A model generated the notes under the pieces. That model was given only the letters and a program-made list of their open reading frames with translations. It searched no databases and was not told the DNA's origin. The position numbers and the translations under genes are program-made. A stretch of 64,000 bases of DNA from Acidobacteriota bacterium. Lineage in GTDB: Bacteria; Acidobacteriota; Thermoanaerobaculia; UBA5066; Gp7-AA6. Below are positions 38,237-49,112 of this stretch, one piece after another. The DNA lies in NCBI GenBank assembly GCA_050257975.1, contig JBLMXY010000224.1:17087-81086 (forward strand), read 5' to 3'. How positions within the stretch are numbered: position 1 is the stretch's first letter; every line of letters starts with the position of its first letter.

Positions 38237-38246
38237 CAACTAGTCA

Positions 38247-38984
38247 ATGGATGCCGTCGGGGCCATTCTCGCCGAGAAGGAACGGCAGGGTTTTCCTTGG
38301 GCGGCCGGAGCCCTGCTCGCCCTGGCGCTGCACGCGGGCATTCTGGGAGCGTTTCTCGCCTCGACGATGGGGCGGCCGCTTCGGCTGGCGCCCCCGCGGG
38401 CCGTGGCGGTCCGCATCCTCTCGGCCGGATCGATCCGCGGCGAGGCCGCCCGGGCCGCCCCGCCCGAGCCGGCAAGGCCGCGCATCGAGAAGCCGCCCGA
38501 GGAGCAGCCGCCACCGCCTTCGGAGAAGGCCGTTCTCCTGCCGGCCAGGGAAGAAAAGAAAAAGAAGCCGACGCCCGCTCCCCCCGCGCGAGCGACCTCC
38601 CCTCGCGGTCCCGAGGTCTCCCTGCCCAGCTCCGGCGAAGGCCAGGACGCCGGAGGCGGCGCGACGGCGGCCGGCGCCGGCGGCACCGCCAGGATGGGCG
38701 GGGCCCAGTTCGATCAACCGAACTTCAAATACGACTACTACGTCGAGGCGATCCAGATGGCGCTCTACCGCAACTGGCTGCCGACCACGGTGAGTCGAGT
38801 GCCCCCGAAGGTCCACTTCCGGATCAACCGTGATGGCAGCGTGGTCGATCCCCAGATCGTGCGGACGAGCGGGCTCCCGTTCGCGGACCGCCAGGCGCTT
38901 CGGGCCGTGCTCGACTCCACCTTCCCGCCCCTGCCCGCGGATTGGCCGGAGGCCTACGTCGGCCTGACCGTCACGTTCGAATGA
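38247..38984 (+). CDS. tolA: TolA/TonB-family protein (N-terminal TM anchor, Pro/Glu/Lys-rich spacer, TonB_C-like C-terminal domain).
   Basis: TM AAGALLALALHAGILGAFLAST; spacer EKPPEEQPPPPSEKAVLLPAREEKKKKPTPAPP; C-terminus ...YYVEAIQMALYRNWLP...VHFRINRDGSVVDPQIVRTSG.... Position between tolR and tolB. Confidence 0.8.
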   Translation: MDAVGAILAEKERQGFPWAAGALLALALHAGILGAFLASTMGRPLRLAPPRAVAVRILSAGSIRGEAARAAPPEPARPRIEKPPEEQPPPPSEKAVLLPAREEKKKKPTPAPPARATSPRGPEVSLPSSGEGQDAGGGATAAGAGGTARMGGAQFDQPNFKYDYYVEAIQMALYRNWLPTTVSRVPPKVHFRINRDGSVVDPQIVRTSGLPFADRQALRAVLDSTFPPLPADWPEAYVGLTVTFE

Positions 38985-39006
38985 TCCGGACGCCGGAGGA
39001 GACGCG

Positions 39007-40320
39007 ATGAGACGATTCCTGGCGCCCCTGCTGGGCCTTTGCGCCTTCGCCTCGTCGCCGGCCCGGGCCCAGACGCGGCAGCCCACACCCGCCCCCTCCG
39101 GGCAGGAGCTGGAGATCACGATCCGCAAGGAGGCCCTGCGGCGCCTCGCCGTGGCCGTTCCGGAACTCCTGCCCACGGGCACGGCGGCCCTGACTTCCGC
39201 GGTCGTCGGCCCCTTCACCGCGACGCTGCGCTCGGACGTGGAGTACGCCGAGATCTTCGTCCTTGCCGATCCCGCCCTCTATCCCGCCGGAATGCGGGAC
39301 CCGACCGCTCCGGACGCGGGCGAGCGCTGGCTTTCCGGCGGAGCCGAGATCCTGCTCGACACCCGGGCGGACGTGTCGGGCGACCGGGTCACGATCGAGG
39401 GGCGGGTCTGGGACCTGAAGTCGCGAAAGATGATTCTCGGGCGCCGCTACACGGGAGGGGCGTCCTACGTCTCGCGCATCGCGCACACGCTCGCCAACGA
39501 CCTGGTCAAGTACTTCACGGGCAAGGACGGCCTGTACCTGTCGACGATCGCCTTCGTTTCCGACCGCGACAAGAACAAGGAAATCTACGCGATGGACTTC
39601 GACGGCCGAAACGTCCGGCAGCTGACCGCTCATCGCTCGCTCTCGATCAACCCGAACGGCCGCGGCGGGCGGATCGTCTACACGAGCTACGTCCACACGT
39701 TTCCGCAGATCTATTCGATGAACGTCGACGGCAGCGACAAGCGGGAGATCCCGACGGGGCTCGACCTGAACGCCTCCCCCGCCATTTCGCCCGACGGAAG
39801 CCAGATCGTCTTCGCCGGCTCCCAGCGCGGCAACACCGACATCTACGTGGTGGGGGTCAACGGCGGCAACCTGAGGCGCCTGACCAACACGCGCTCGCTC
39901 GAGGCGGCGCCGGAATGGTCCCCGACCGGACGGCAGATCCTCTACACCTCCGACCAGACCGGCGTGCCGCAGATCTGGCTGATGGACGCCGAGGGCACCG
40001 GCGCCCGCCAGTTCACCTTCGCCGGCAACTGGAACGACGAGGGGACCTGGTCTCCCGACGGCGCGCGGATCGCTTTCGCCTGCCGAAACGAAGGAGACTT
40101 CAACATCTGCGTGATGGACATCGCCACCGGCCGGACCGTCCAGCTGACCGCGGAGGGATCCAACTCTCATCCCGCCTGGTCGCCCGACGGCGGGAAGATC
40201 GTCTACCAATCGCGCCGCGGCGGGTCGACACAGATCTACACGATGGACGCCGGAGACGGAAAGAACAAACGCCTGCTGAGCGATGCCGGCAACAACACCC
40301 AGCCGGTCTGGCTTCCGTGA
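39007..40320 (+). CDS. tolB: Tol-Pal system beta-propeller protein TolB.
   Basis: Signal peptide; TolB N-domain; repeated ...SPDGSQIVFAGSQRGNTDIYVVGVNGGNLRRLT...SPTGRQILYTSDQTG...SPDGARIAFACRNEGDFNICVMD...SPDGGKIVYQSRRGG... blades. Confidence 0.92.
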   Translation: MRRFLAPLLGLCAFASSPARAQTRQPTPAPSGQELEITIRKEALRRLAVAVPELLPTGTAALTSAVVGPFTATLRSDVEYAEIFVLADPALYPAGMRDPTAPDAGERWLSGGAEILLDTRADVSGDRVTIEGRVWDLKSRKMILGRRYTGGASYVSRIAHTLANDLVKYFTGKDGLYLSTIAFVSDRDKNKEIYAMDFDGRNVRQLTAHRSLSINPNGRGGRIVYTSYVHTFPQIYSMNVDGSDKREIPTGLDLNASPAISPDGSQIVFAGSQRGNTDIYVVGVNGGNLRRLTNTRSLEAAPEWSPTGRQILYTSDQTGVPQIWLMDAEGTGARQFTFAGNWNDEGTWSPDGARIAFACRNEGDFNICVMDIATGRTVQLTAEGSNSHPAWSPDGGKIVYQSRRGGSTQIYTMDAGDGKNKRLLSDAGNNTQPVWLP

Positions 40321-40438
40321 TTCTCGCGGGCGCGCGGCGCGGATCGCCGGAGCGTCTGCTATATTTGTGATCTCCGCGCGGCGCTCTTTTGCGCCCGGCC
40401 CGGCGTACAAGGGCTGCGCAAAGACAAGGAGAGAGAAA

Positions 40439-41002
40439 ATGAAGAGGAAACCCTCGACGCTGTTCTGGCTGACCCTCGTCGCCCTTGGCGCCCTCTGGAT
40501 GGCTCCGGCCTGCAAGAAGAAGCCCCCGACGACGGCGGAAGAGAAGCGGCCCGCCGAGGCGGCTCCCGCGCCGGCGACGCCGGTCGCCCCTCCGGTCACC
40601 TCGGCGCCGATGGCCGACGAGTCCCAGAAGGTGCTTTCCTCCTCGATCCAGGAACTCAACCAGCGGGGGTACCTCCAGGACGCCTACTTCGACTACGACA
40701 AGTACGAGCTGCGCGACGACGCCCGCTCGGCCCTGGCAACCGACGCCGAGTGGCTCAAGAAGTTCTCGTCCATCCAGGTCCTCATCGAAGGCCACTGCGA
40801 CGAGCGCGGCACCAACGAGTACAACCTGGCTCTGGGCGAGCGGCGCGCCAACGCCGCCAAGGACTATCTGGTCTCCCTCGGCGTCGACTCCGGGCGGGTC
40901 AAGACCGTCTCCTACGGCGAAGAGCGGCCGTTCTGCACGGAATCCAACGAGGCGTGCTGGGCGAAGAATCGGCGCGCCCACCTCGTCATCACGGCCAAGT
41001 AG
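40439..41002 (+). CDS. pal: Peptidoglycan-associated lipoprotein Pal (OmpA-like domain).
   Basis: Lipoprotein signal MKRKPSTLFWLTLVALGALWMAPAC, then ...AYFDYDKYELRDDARSALATDAEWLKKFSSIQVLIEGHCDERGTNEYNLALGERRANAAKDYLVSLGV.... Good SD (aggagagag). Confidence 0.92.
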   Translation: MKRKPSTLFWLTLVALGALWMAPACKKKPPTTAEEKRPAEAAPAPATPVAPPVTSAPMADESQKVLSSSIQELNQRGYLQDAYFDYDKYELRDDARSALATDAEWLKKFSSIQVLIEGHCDERGTNEYNLALGERRANAAKDYLVSLGVDSGRVKTVSYGEERPFCTESNEACWAKNRRAHLVITAK

Positions 41003-41003
41003 C

Positions 41004-41840
41004 GTGGCGCGCCCCGGAGCACTCGGCCTGGCGGCCCTCGCCGCGGGGCCGCTTCTGCTGGGCTCGGCCTGCGTGTCCTCGAGCGACATCGAGGGCCTGC
41101 ACCGGCAGATGAACGACATCGAAAAGGAGATCCAGGCTCTCGAGCGCAAGTCCTCGAGCAAGGAAGAGGTCGCCAAGCTCAACTCGAGCGTTTCCCAGCA
41201 GACGCAGCAGCTCCTGAAGTCCAACGCCGACATGGGCGTCAAGCTCGGGGAGCTGACCACCAAGATGGAGCAGCTCGAGGCCAAGCTCGAAGACACCAAC
41301 CGCCGGCTCTCGCAGCTCTCGCAGCAGATCGCCGAGACGCAGGGAGACCTGGCCCGGATGCGGGGAGGCGCTTCGCTGGCGCCCGGAAGCCCCGGCGCGT
41401 CGCCCGGCGCCCCGGCCGCCGACACGATGGTGGTGGCCCCGCCGGCCGGCGGGCCCTCGCCGGCCGACCTGTACGACACGGCCTCGGCCGACTACACCAA
41501 GGGGCGCTATGCGCTGGCGATCCAGGGCTTCGAGGACTACGTCCGCAACTACCCGAGCACGGATCTGACCGACAACGCGCAGTACTGGATCGGCGAGTGC
41601 CACTACGCTCAGAAGAAGTTTCCCGAGGCCGTGGAGGACTTCGACAAGCTGCTGAAGCAGTGGCCCAAGAGCGACAAAGCCGCGGCGGCGTTGCTCAAGA
41701 AGGGCTACGCGATGCTCGAGCTCGGGCAGAAGGCCGAAGCCGTCGTCCAGCTCCAGTACGTGGTCCACGAGTATCCGGCCTCCGAGGAGGCGCGCCTCGC
41801 CCGGGCCCGGCTGAAGTCGCTCGGGGTCGAAGCCCGATAG
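41004..41840 (+). CDS. cpoB: Tol-Pal system protein CpoB/YbgF (coiled coil plus C-terminal TPR). GTG start directly after the pal stop.
   Basis: Signal peptide VARPGALGLAALAAGPLLLGSAC. Coiled coil (IQALERK...MEQLEAKLEDTNRRLSQLSQQIAE). TPR (DLYDTASADYTKGRYALAIQGFEDYVRNYPSTDLTDNAQYWIGECHYAQKKFPEAVEDF...). Confidence 0.85.
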   Translation: MARPGALGLAALAAGPLLLGSACVSSSDIEGLHRQMNDIEKEIQALERKSSSKEEVAKLNSSVSQQTQQLLKSNADMGVKLGELTTKMEQLEAKLEDTNRRLSQLSQQIAETQGDLARMRGGASLAPGSPGASPGAPAADTMVVAPPAGGPSPADLYDTASADYTKGRYALAIQGFEDYVRNYPSTDLTDNAQYWIGECHYAQKKFPEAVEDFDKLLKQWPKSDKAAAALLKKGYAMLELGQKAEAVVQLQYVVHEYPASEEARLARARLKSLGVEAR

Positions 41841-41890
41841 CGACGGGGCGGGCGAACGCGGCCCGCCCGGGCGGGCCCTGCGATAGACTC
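41841..41890 (+). terminator. GC-rich palindromic hairpin after cpoB (no T-tract): GGGCGGGCGAACGCGGCCCGCCCGGGCGGGCCC.
   Basis: Self-complementary GCCCGCCC/GGGCGGGC blocks immediately after the cpoB stop, ahead of the rpsT promoter region. Confidence 0.4.
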
Positions 41891-41958
41891 GCCGACCGTC
41901 CGAATCAGGGGACCAGACCGTCCGTCACGATCCGGCGAACGGAGAGGAGATCGAATCG

Positions 41959-42213
41959 ATGGCCAACATCAAGTCCGCCGAGAAGCGAATCGGGCAGGCC
42001 GCCCGGCGCCAGAAGCGAAACCGGGGAGTGCGCACGCGCCTTCGCGGCGCGCTGAAGGCCTACCGCGCCGCCGACGCGAAAGAGAAGCCGAAAGGCTTGC
42101 CCGGCGCCGTGTCCGAAATCGATCGCGCCCGCAAGAAGGGTGTCATCCACCCCAACGCCGCCGCCCGCTACAAGTCCCGTCTGGCGAAGCAGGCGCGGGC
42201 CGCGACTCCGTAG
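41959..42213 (+). CDS. rpsT: 30S ribosomal protein S20.
   Basis: MANIKSAEKRIGQAARRQKRNRGVRTRLRGALKAYRAA.... SD GGAGAGGAG upstream. Confidence 0.92.
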   Translation: MANIKSAEKRIGQAARRQKRNRGVRTRLRGALKAYRAADAKEKPKGLPGAVSEIDRARKKGVIHPNAAARYKSRLAKQARAATP

Positions 42214-42234
42214 GCCCTTCCCCCGGGGAGCTCC

Positions 42235-42807
42235 CTAGAATCCTTCCAGAAGGCTCGCCACCAGGCTCTCGGCGAACTTCCCGGCCACCTTGTCGATCGT
42301 CTCGTTCTGGCGGTCCACGTAGGACCCGGAGCCCTCGAAGCTGTAGTTCTCGCGGAACGTGTAGGCCGGGTTCTCCCAGATCGCCTTCTGGTCGGGCAGG
42401 CTCATCAGGGCCACGCGGGCGGTCACGGCGACCTGGTACTGCGTGGCGCGCCCCGACGTGTCGAAGGCGACGGGATAGAAGTCGAAGCGCGTGACCGTGC
42501 CGGACAGCTCCGCGTCCGCGCCCGCGGCTTCGCTCTGCACGCGGAAGTGTCCCCGCGCGGCGAGCTCTTTGGCGATTTCGCCCGACATGCGCTGCTCGAC
42601 GCCCGCAAGGGATGTCTGGTTGACGAGCGTCTGGAACCGAATCACCTTGATCGATGGAGGAAGCGTCGAGCCTCGGCCGGCGAGGCTGTAGCCGCAGGCG
42701 GCCGCTGAAAGAGCGAGGGCGACGAGAAGAACGACGGACTGAGGACCGAGGACCGAGGACTGAGGACTCTTCCGGCTTTGGCTCGGATGCATCGTGAGAA
42801 AAGCCAC
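42235..42807 (-). CDS. lptE: LPS-assembly lipoprotein LptE (RlpB). Start ambiguous: GTG 42807, ATG 42792, or further in.
   Basis: Lipoprotein signal ...VVLLVALALSAAACGYS. Body ...LVNQTSLAGVEQRMSGEIAKELAARGHFRVQ...GTVTRFDFYPVAFDTSGRATQYQVAVTARVALM... resembles LptE. Conserved position immediately downstream of leuS. Confidence 0.65.
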   Translation of the reverse strand: MAFLTMHPSQSRKSPQSSVLGPQSVVLLVALALSAAACGYSLAGRGSTLPPSIKVIRFQTLVNQTSLAGVEQRMSGEIAKELAARGHFRVQSEAAGADAELSGTVTRFDFYPVAFDTSGRATQYQVAVTARVALMSLPDQKAIWENPAYTFRENYSFEGSGSYVDRQNETIDKVAGKFAESLVASLLEGF

Positions 42808-42876
42808 GGGAGTGCTCAGTCCACAGTCCCCAGTCCTTAGTCCCTGGCCCTTAGTCCCTAGTCCCTGGTCCTCATC
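42736..42876. repeat. Inverted array of tandem heptad repeats straddling the lptE start. Left arm (GAGGACY)x4-5 at 42736-42768; right arm (YAGTCCN)x8 at ~42816-42876. The arms are reverse-complementary.
   Basis: Read directly from the sequence: GGACTGAGGACCGAGGACCGAGGACTGAGGACT ... CAGTCCACAGTCCCCAGTCCTTAGTCCCTGGCCCTTAGTCCCTAGTCCCTGGTCC. Confidence 0.7.
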
Positions 42877-42880
42877 CCGG

Positions 42881-45364
<2,484 letters not shown>

Positions 45365-45439
45365 GAGAACGCAGATCCTACAGGACCGGGAGCGCCGCGG
45401 CTGAGGCGCCGCGCCGCGGGGGCTCGGGGGGACCCGGGC

Positions 45440-46033
45440 TCACTTGCCCGAGGGTCTCTCCCGCAGCGTCGAGGGCCCGGCCGAAACCGCGAGGTACGAG
45501 AGGTCGCCCGACCGGTCGACGAAGACCAGCGTCAGGCCGCGCGGCCGCACGAGCGAGCGCCCGCGAAAGGGGATGTATCGCGCGTCGACGCCGTTGATCG
45601 ACGCGGAGGGATCGGAAAACACGTAGCCTCGGTCCGGATAGTAGACCTCGATCCAGCGGTGGTAGGCGCCGCCGATGCGGGGGTCGTAGGCGGGGTGCGC
45701 CGGCTCCGTGCGCAGAATCCCCTGAACCGTGCGCGCCCGGATCCCGACCCGCCTCAGGAGATCCACCGCGAGCTCGGCGAAGCCGACGCAGTCCGCCCGC
45801 CCCGACGCGAAAACGGCCGGCGGGTCCTGCGGCCGGAGGCGGTCCGCATCGTACTGGATCCGGGAGGCGAGAGAGACCAGGATCCGCGCAACCGCGTCGG
45901 CCTGACGGGCGCAGCCTCGCGTCGCGTCCCGCGCGAACGCGTCCCGCTCGGGCGCCGGAGCGAGCGCTTCGTCGCGGGGACCCCCGGTCGGGAAGGGAGC
46001 GGAGCTTCGGAGCGGAGAATCGGAGACGCGCAC
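45440..46033 (-). CDS. Transglutaminase-like cysteine-protease-fold domain protein. The track ORF starts at GTG 46033, but an in-frame signal-peptide-like sequence continues upstream to ~46225 with no ATG/GTG/TTG start codon.
   Basis: Core Cys/His/Asp: ...GRADCVGFAELAVDLLRRVGIRAR...AYHRWIEVYYPDRGYVFSDP.... The upstream in-frame translation reads ...LTGRRPRGAGLLLGAALCALAAPPARADERAVYLAEGED... (by eye). Confidence 0.6.
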   Translation of the reverse strand: MRVSDSPLRSSAPFPTGGPRDEALAPAPERDAFARDATRGCARQADAVARILVSLASRIQYDADRLRPQDPPAVFASGRADCVGFAELAVDLLRRVGIRARTVQGILRTEPAHPAYDPRIGGAYHRWIEVYYPDRGYVFSDPSASINGVDARYIPFRGRSLVRPRGLTLVFVDRSGDLSYLAVSAGPSTLRERPSGK

Positions 46034-46227
46034 TCGCAGCTCGACCGACCCCCCGGTCCCCGGCGCGACGGCGAGCGAGTAGCCGTCGTTGTCGTACTGA
46101 TCGAAGAGGCGGATGTCCTCCCCTTCCGCGAGGTAAACGGCGCGCTCGTCGGCGCGGGCCGGCGGCGCCGCGAGCGCGCAGAGCGCCGCGCCCAGCAGGA
46201 GGCCCGCTCCCCGCGGGCGGCGGCCGG

Positions 46228-46644
46228 TCAGGCGTGCCTCGCCGGGCGCGCCTTGAGCACGCCGTCCAGGATCCCATTGATGAATTGCGAGGAGCGTGGC
46301 GTCGAGAATCGCTTGGCGATCTCGAGCGCCTCGTCGATCACGACGGGATGGGGCGTTTCCGGCTCGTGGAGGAGCTCGAAGAGCGCCAGGCGCAGGATGT
46401 TGCGGTCGACGACCGGCATCCGCGAGATCCGCCAGTTGTCCGCCTGCTTCGAGATGATCGCGTCGAGGTCGTCGCGGTGCGCCAGGGTGCCGGTGACCAG
46501 GCGCTCGGCGAAGGCCCGCGTTCCTTCCGGAGCCGTCTGGAGGTCCGTGCTCCGGGCGAACATCTCCCGGGGCTCGGTGCCTGCCACGTCGTTCTCGTAG
46601 AGCATCTGGAGGGCGAGTTCCCTCGCCTTTCGCCTCGCGCCCAT
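46228..46644 (-). CDS. nusB: Transcription antitermination factor NusB.
   Basis: MGARRKARELALQMLYE...RISRMPVVDRNILRLALFELL...VVIDEALEIAKRFSTPRSSQFINGILD.... Start overlaps the ribH stop. Confidence 0.9.
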   Translation of the reverse strand: MGARRKARELALQMLYENDVAGTEPREMFARSTDLQTAPEGTRAFAERLVTGTLAHRDDLDAIISKQADNWRISRMPVVDRNILRLALFELLHEPETPHPVVIDEALEIAKRFSTPRSSQFINGILDGVLKARPARHA

Positions 46645-46646
46645 GG

Positions 46647-47171
46647 CTATTTCCGCGAGAGGGCGCGGCGGAGGTTGGCGACCTCGAGCGCCGCCTCGAC
46701 GGCCTCGGCGCCCTTCTCGACCCTCCGGCGCGCCTGCTCCATCGTGTCGCAGGTCAGGACACCGAAGCCGATCGGCAGGCCGGTCTCGGCGGAGAGGGCC
46801 GCGAGCGCCCCGGCGACCGCATGCGCGAGCACGTCGTGGTGGTTCGTCTCGCCCCGCACGATCGCGGCGAGGATCGCCACGGCGTCGCAGCGCCGGGACC
46901 GGATCAGGGCGCGCGTGGCGGCCGGAAGCTCGAAGGCGCCGGGCACGCGGACCAGCGTGATGTCGGCAGGCCGGGCCCCGTGGCGGCGGAGCGCGCCTAG
47001 GGCCGAGCGCAGCATCGCCTGCGTGACCGTGGGGTTCCAGCGCGCGCAGACGATGCCGAACCGCAGGCCGCGGGCCTCGAGGCTCCCCTCCCACGCCTTC
47101 GGCGCGGCGGGGATCTCGCGGGAAAGGGCCCGGCGGCTGCTCAAGGATCGGCTCTTCGGAAGAGCTCGCAT
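46647..47171 (-). CDS. ribH: 6,7-dimethyl-8-ribityllumazine synthase. The true start is probably internal to the 174-aa ORF, near ...LEARGLRFGIV.
   Basis: ...RFGIVCARWNPTVTQAMLRSALGALRRHG...VPGAFELPAATRAL...DAVAILAAIVRGETNHHDVLAHAVAGALAALSAETGLPIGFGVLTCDTMEQARRRVEKGAEAV.... Confidence 0.88.
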   Translation of the reverse strand: MRALPKSRSLSSRRALSREIPAAPKAWEGSLEARGLRFGIVCARWNPTVTQAMLRSALGALRRHGARPADITLVRVPGAFELPAATRALIRSRRCDAVAILAAIVRGETNHHDVLAHAVAGALAALSAETGLPIGFGVLTCDTMEQARRRVEKGAEAVEAALEVANLRRALSRK

Positions 47172-47247
47172 TGTAACCCTTCTGGTCGCCCCCTCGCCAT
47201 CGGCGGCGAGACTCCTTCGGGAGCGCGCCGCCCCGCAACGAGACTTC

Positions 47248-48255
47248 TCAGGCCGGGTGGCCTCGCAACTTCTCGAGAAGCGGCTCCTCGCCGAAGTTCC
47301 GCTCGTACCGCGCGAGGAACTCTTCGATCCGGTATCGCGACGGCTGCGGCCCCGCGGATTCCAGCCCGAAGACCGCCGCCACGCTGCCCATCCTTCCCGC
47401 GATCTCCCAGGGCAGCCCCAGTCGCATCCCCCGGATCAGTCCCGCGCGGAAGGCGTCGCCGACACCCGTCGGGTCGAGCGCCTCCCGCTCGAGCCGGGCG
47501 GCGGGAATGGCGTTCCGCACGCGACCGCGCGGGCCCCAGACCGAGATCGTCGAGCCGTCCGCCCCGTGCGTGGCCACCAGGACCGGCACCCGCTCTTCCA
47601 GGGCCTCGCGGGAGAGGCCGGTCTTCTGCGACACGATCCCGAGCTCGTAGTCGTTGACGATGAGCATCGCGGCGCCCCGGATGCCCTCCAGCAGCTCGTC
47701 GCCCGCGAGCCTCGCGACCTGCTGGCTCGGGTCGTACAGAAACGGGATTTCCAGGCGCCGGCACTCCTCCGTGTAGCGCGCCATCGCCGACGGGTCGTTG
47801 GGAGAGACGATGACGAGAGAGCCTCGGCCGTCGCCTGTCGCTTCGATCGAGAGATCTCGGGCCCGCGCCATGGCGCCCGTGTAGAAGGAGGCGAGCTGAT
47901 TCTGGTCCCGGTCGGTCGAGACGAAGAAGGAGGCCGTGAAGACGTCCTCGTGCAGGACGAGCCCGGAAACGTCCACGCCGGAGGCTTGGAGAATGTCGCG
48001 GTACGCCGCGGCGTCCTGCCCGGCCGACGCCAGCAGCAGCGGCCGCTCGCCCAGGACGGCCAGCCCGTACGCGATGTTCGGGCCGCACCCGCCGGGGACG
48101 CGGCGCATGTCGTCCACCAGAAACGAGACCGAGAGGCGCTTCAGGCGGTCGGGAATCAGGTGCTCGACGAAGTGTCCGGGAAAGCGCATCAGGTAGTCGA
48201 ACGCCACGGAGCCGGTCACGACGACGCGCCCCCGCCGGCCGGAACGGCTGATCAC
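47248..48255 (-). CDS. PfkB-family carbohydrate/nucleoside kinase (adenosine kinase or ribokinase-like). GTG start at 48255 overlaps the MTA phosphorylase stop (GTGA).
   Basis: ...VVVTGSVAFDYLM...GGCGPNIAYGLAVLG...; C-terminal ...DPTGVGDAFRAGLIRGM (PfkB signature 2, DPTGAGD-like). Confidence 0.75.
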   Translation of the reverse strand: MISRSGRRGRVVVTGSVAFDYLMRFPGHFVEHLIPDRLKRLSVSFLVDDMRRVPGGCGPNIAYGLAVLGERPLLLASAGQDAAAYRDILQASGVDVSGLVLHEDVFTASFFVSTDRDQNQLASFYTGAMARARDLSIEATGDGRGSLVIVSPNDPSAMARYTEECRRLEIPFLYDPSQQVARLAGDELLEGIRGAAMLIVNDYELGIVSQKTGLSREALEERVPVLVATHGADGSTISVWGPRGRVRNAIPAARLEREALDPTGVGDAFRAGLIRGMRLGLPWEIAGRMGSVAAVFGLESAGPQPSRYRIEEFLARYERNFGEEPLLEKLRGHPA

Positions 48256-49112
48256 AGGTACCTCCCCACGAGGGGCGACAGACGCTGCCGCGCCTCTTCC
48301 GTGACGGAGGAGCGGTCCGTCAGGATCGCGTCCTGCATGGCCTTGCGGCACCCGCAGTCCCTATCCGGATCCACCCGCCGCACCGCCTCCCGCATCGCCC
48401 GGCGGGCGACGGCCGAGTTGTCGCGAAGCACCGCGAGGATGACGTCGACGGTGACCGCGTCGGCGTCCCGCCAGGCGTCGTAGTCAGTCACGAGATTGAG
48501 CGAGGCGTAACAGATCTCCGCCTCCCGGGCGAGCTTCGCCTCCGTCAGGTTCGTCATCCCGATGACGTCCGCTCCCCAGGAGCGATAGAGGAGCGACTCG
48601 GCCCGGGTCGAGAAGGCCGGGCCCTCGATGCAGACGTAGACGCCTCCTCGCCGCACCGGGAGACCGCTCGCGCTCGCCGCGGCCTCGAGCGCCGCCGCCG
48701 TCGGCCGGCAGACCGGTTCGGCGAAGCCCGCGTGCGCGACGATCCCGCCGCCGAAGAACGTGTCCGGGCGATGGCGGGTCCGGTCGATGAACTGCTCGGG
48801 CACGACGGCGTGGCGCGGCGCGATCTCCTCCTTCAGGCTTCCCACCGCCGAGGCGGACAGGATCACGTCGCAGCCCAGGAGCTTGAAGCCGAAGATGTTG
48901 GCCCGATAGTTGATCTCGGAAGGCGCCAGGCGGTGCCCCCGGCCGTGACGCGAGAGAAAAGCCACGGGCAACCCTTCCAGCCGCCCGGTGACGTAGGCCT
49001 GCGAGGGCGCGCCGAATGGAGTCTCCAGGGCCTCTTCCCTCAAGTCCTCGATCTCCGAGAGATCGTAGACGCCGCTGCCGCCCAGAAGGCCGATTCGCGC
49101 GGACTCGCTCAA
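48252..49112 (-). CDS. mtnP: S-methyl-5'-thioadenosine phosphorylase. TTG start overlaps the oxidoreductase stop (TTGA).
   Basis: IGLLGGSGVYDL...TPFGAPS...LSRHGRGHRLAPSEINYRANIFGFKLLGCDVILSASAVGSLKEEI...VCIEGPAFSTRAESLLYRSWGADVIGMTNLTEAKLAREAEICYASLNLVTDYDAW.... Confidence 0.85.
   Translation of the reverse strand: MSESARIGLLGGSGVYDLSEIEDLREEALETPFGAPSQAYVTGRLEGLPVAFLSRHGRGHRLAPSEINYRANIFGFKLLGCDVILSASAVGSLKEEIAPRHAVVPEQFIDRTRHRPDTFFGGGIVAHAGFAEPVCRPTAAALEAAASASGLPVRRGGVYVCIEGPAFSTRAESLLYRSWGADVIGMTNLTEAKLAREAEICYASLNLVTDYDAWRDADAVTVDVILAVLRDNSAVARRAMREAVRRVDPDRDCGCRKAMQDAILTDRSSVTEEARQRLSPLVGRYL

Noticed and set aside
40321-40438. tRNA or small RNA in the tolB-pal spacer and other >100-nt spacers (52406-52535, 55828-56034)
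   Set aside because: No cloverleaf hallmarks (GTTCRANYC T-loop, 3' acceptor complementarity) were recognisable by eye. These are more likely promoter/SD regions (for example the strong SD before pal and skp). Not excluded without a tRNA or ncRNA search.
42736-42876. Possible CRISPR array
   Set aside because: The repeat unit is only 7 nt, with no spacers and inverted arms. It is not CRISPR-like.
46033-47248. FMN riboswitch upstream of ribH
   Set aside because: ribH directly follows the PfkB/MTAP operon and overlaps nusB. No FMN-element-like conserved sequence was seen in the short spacer at 47172-47247.
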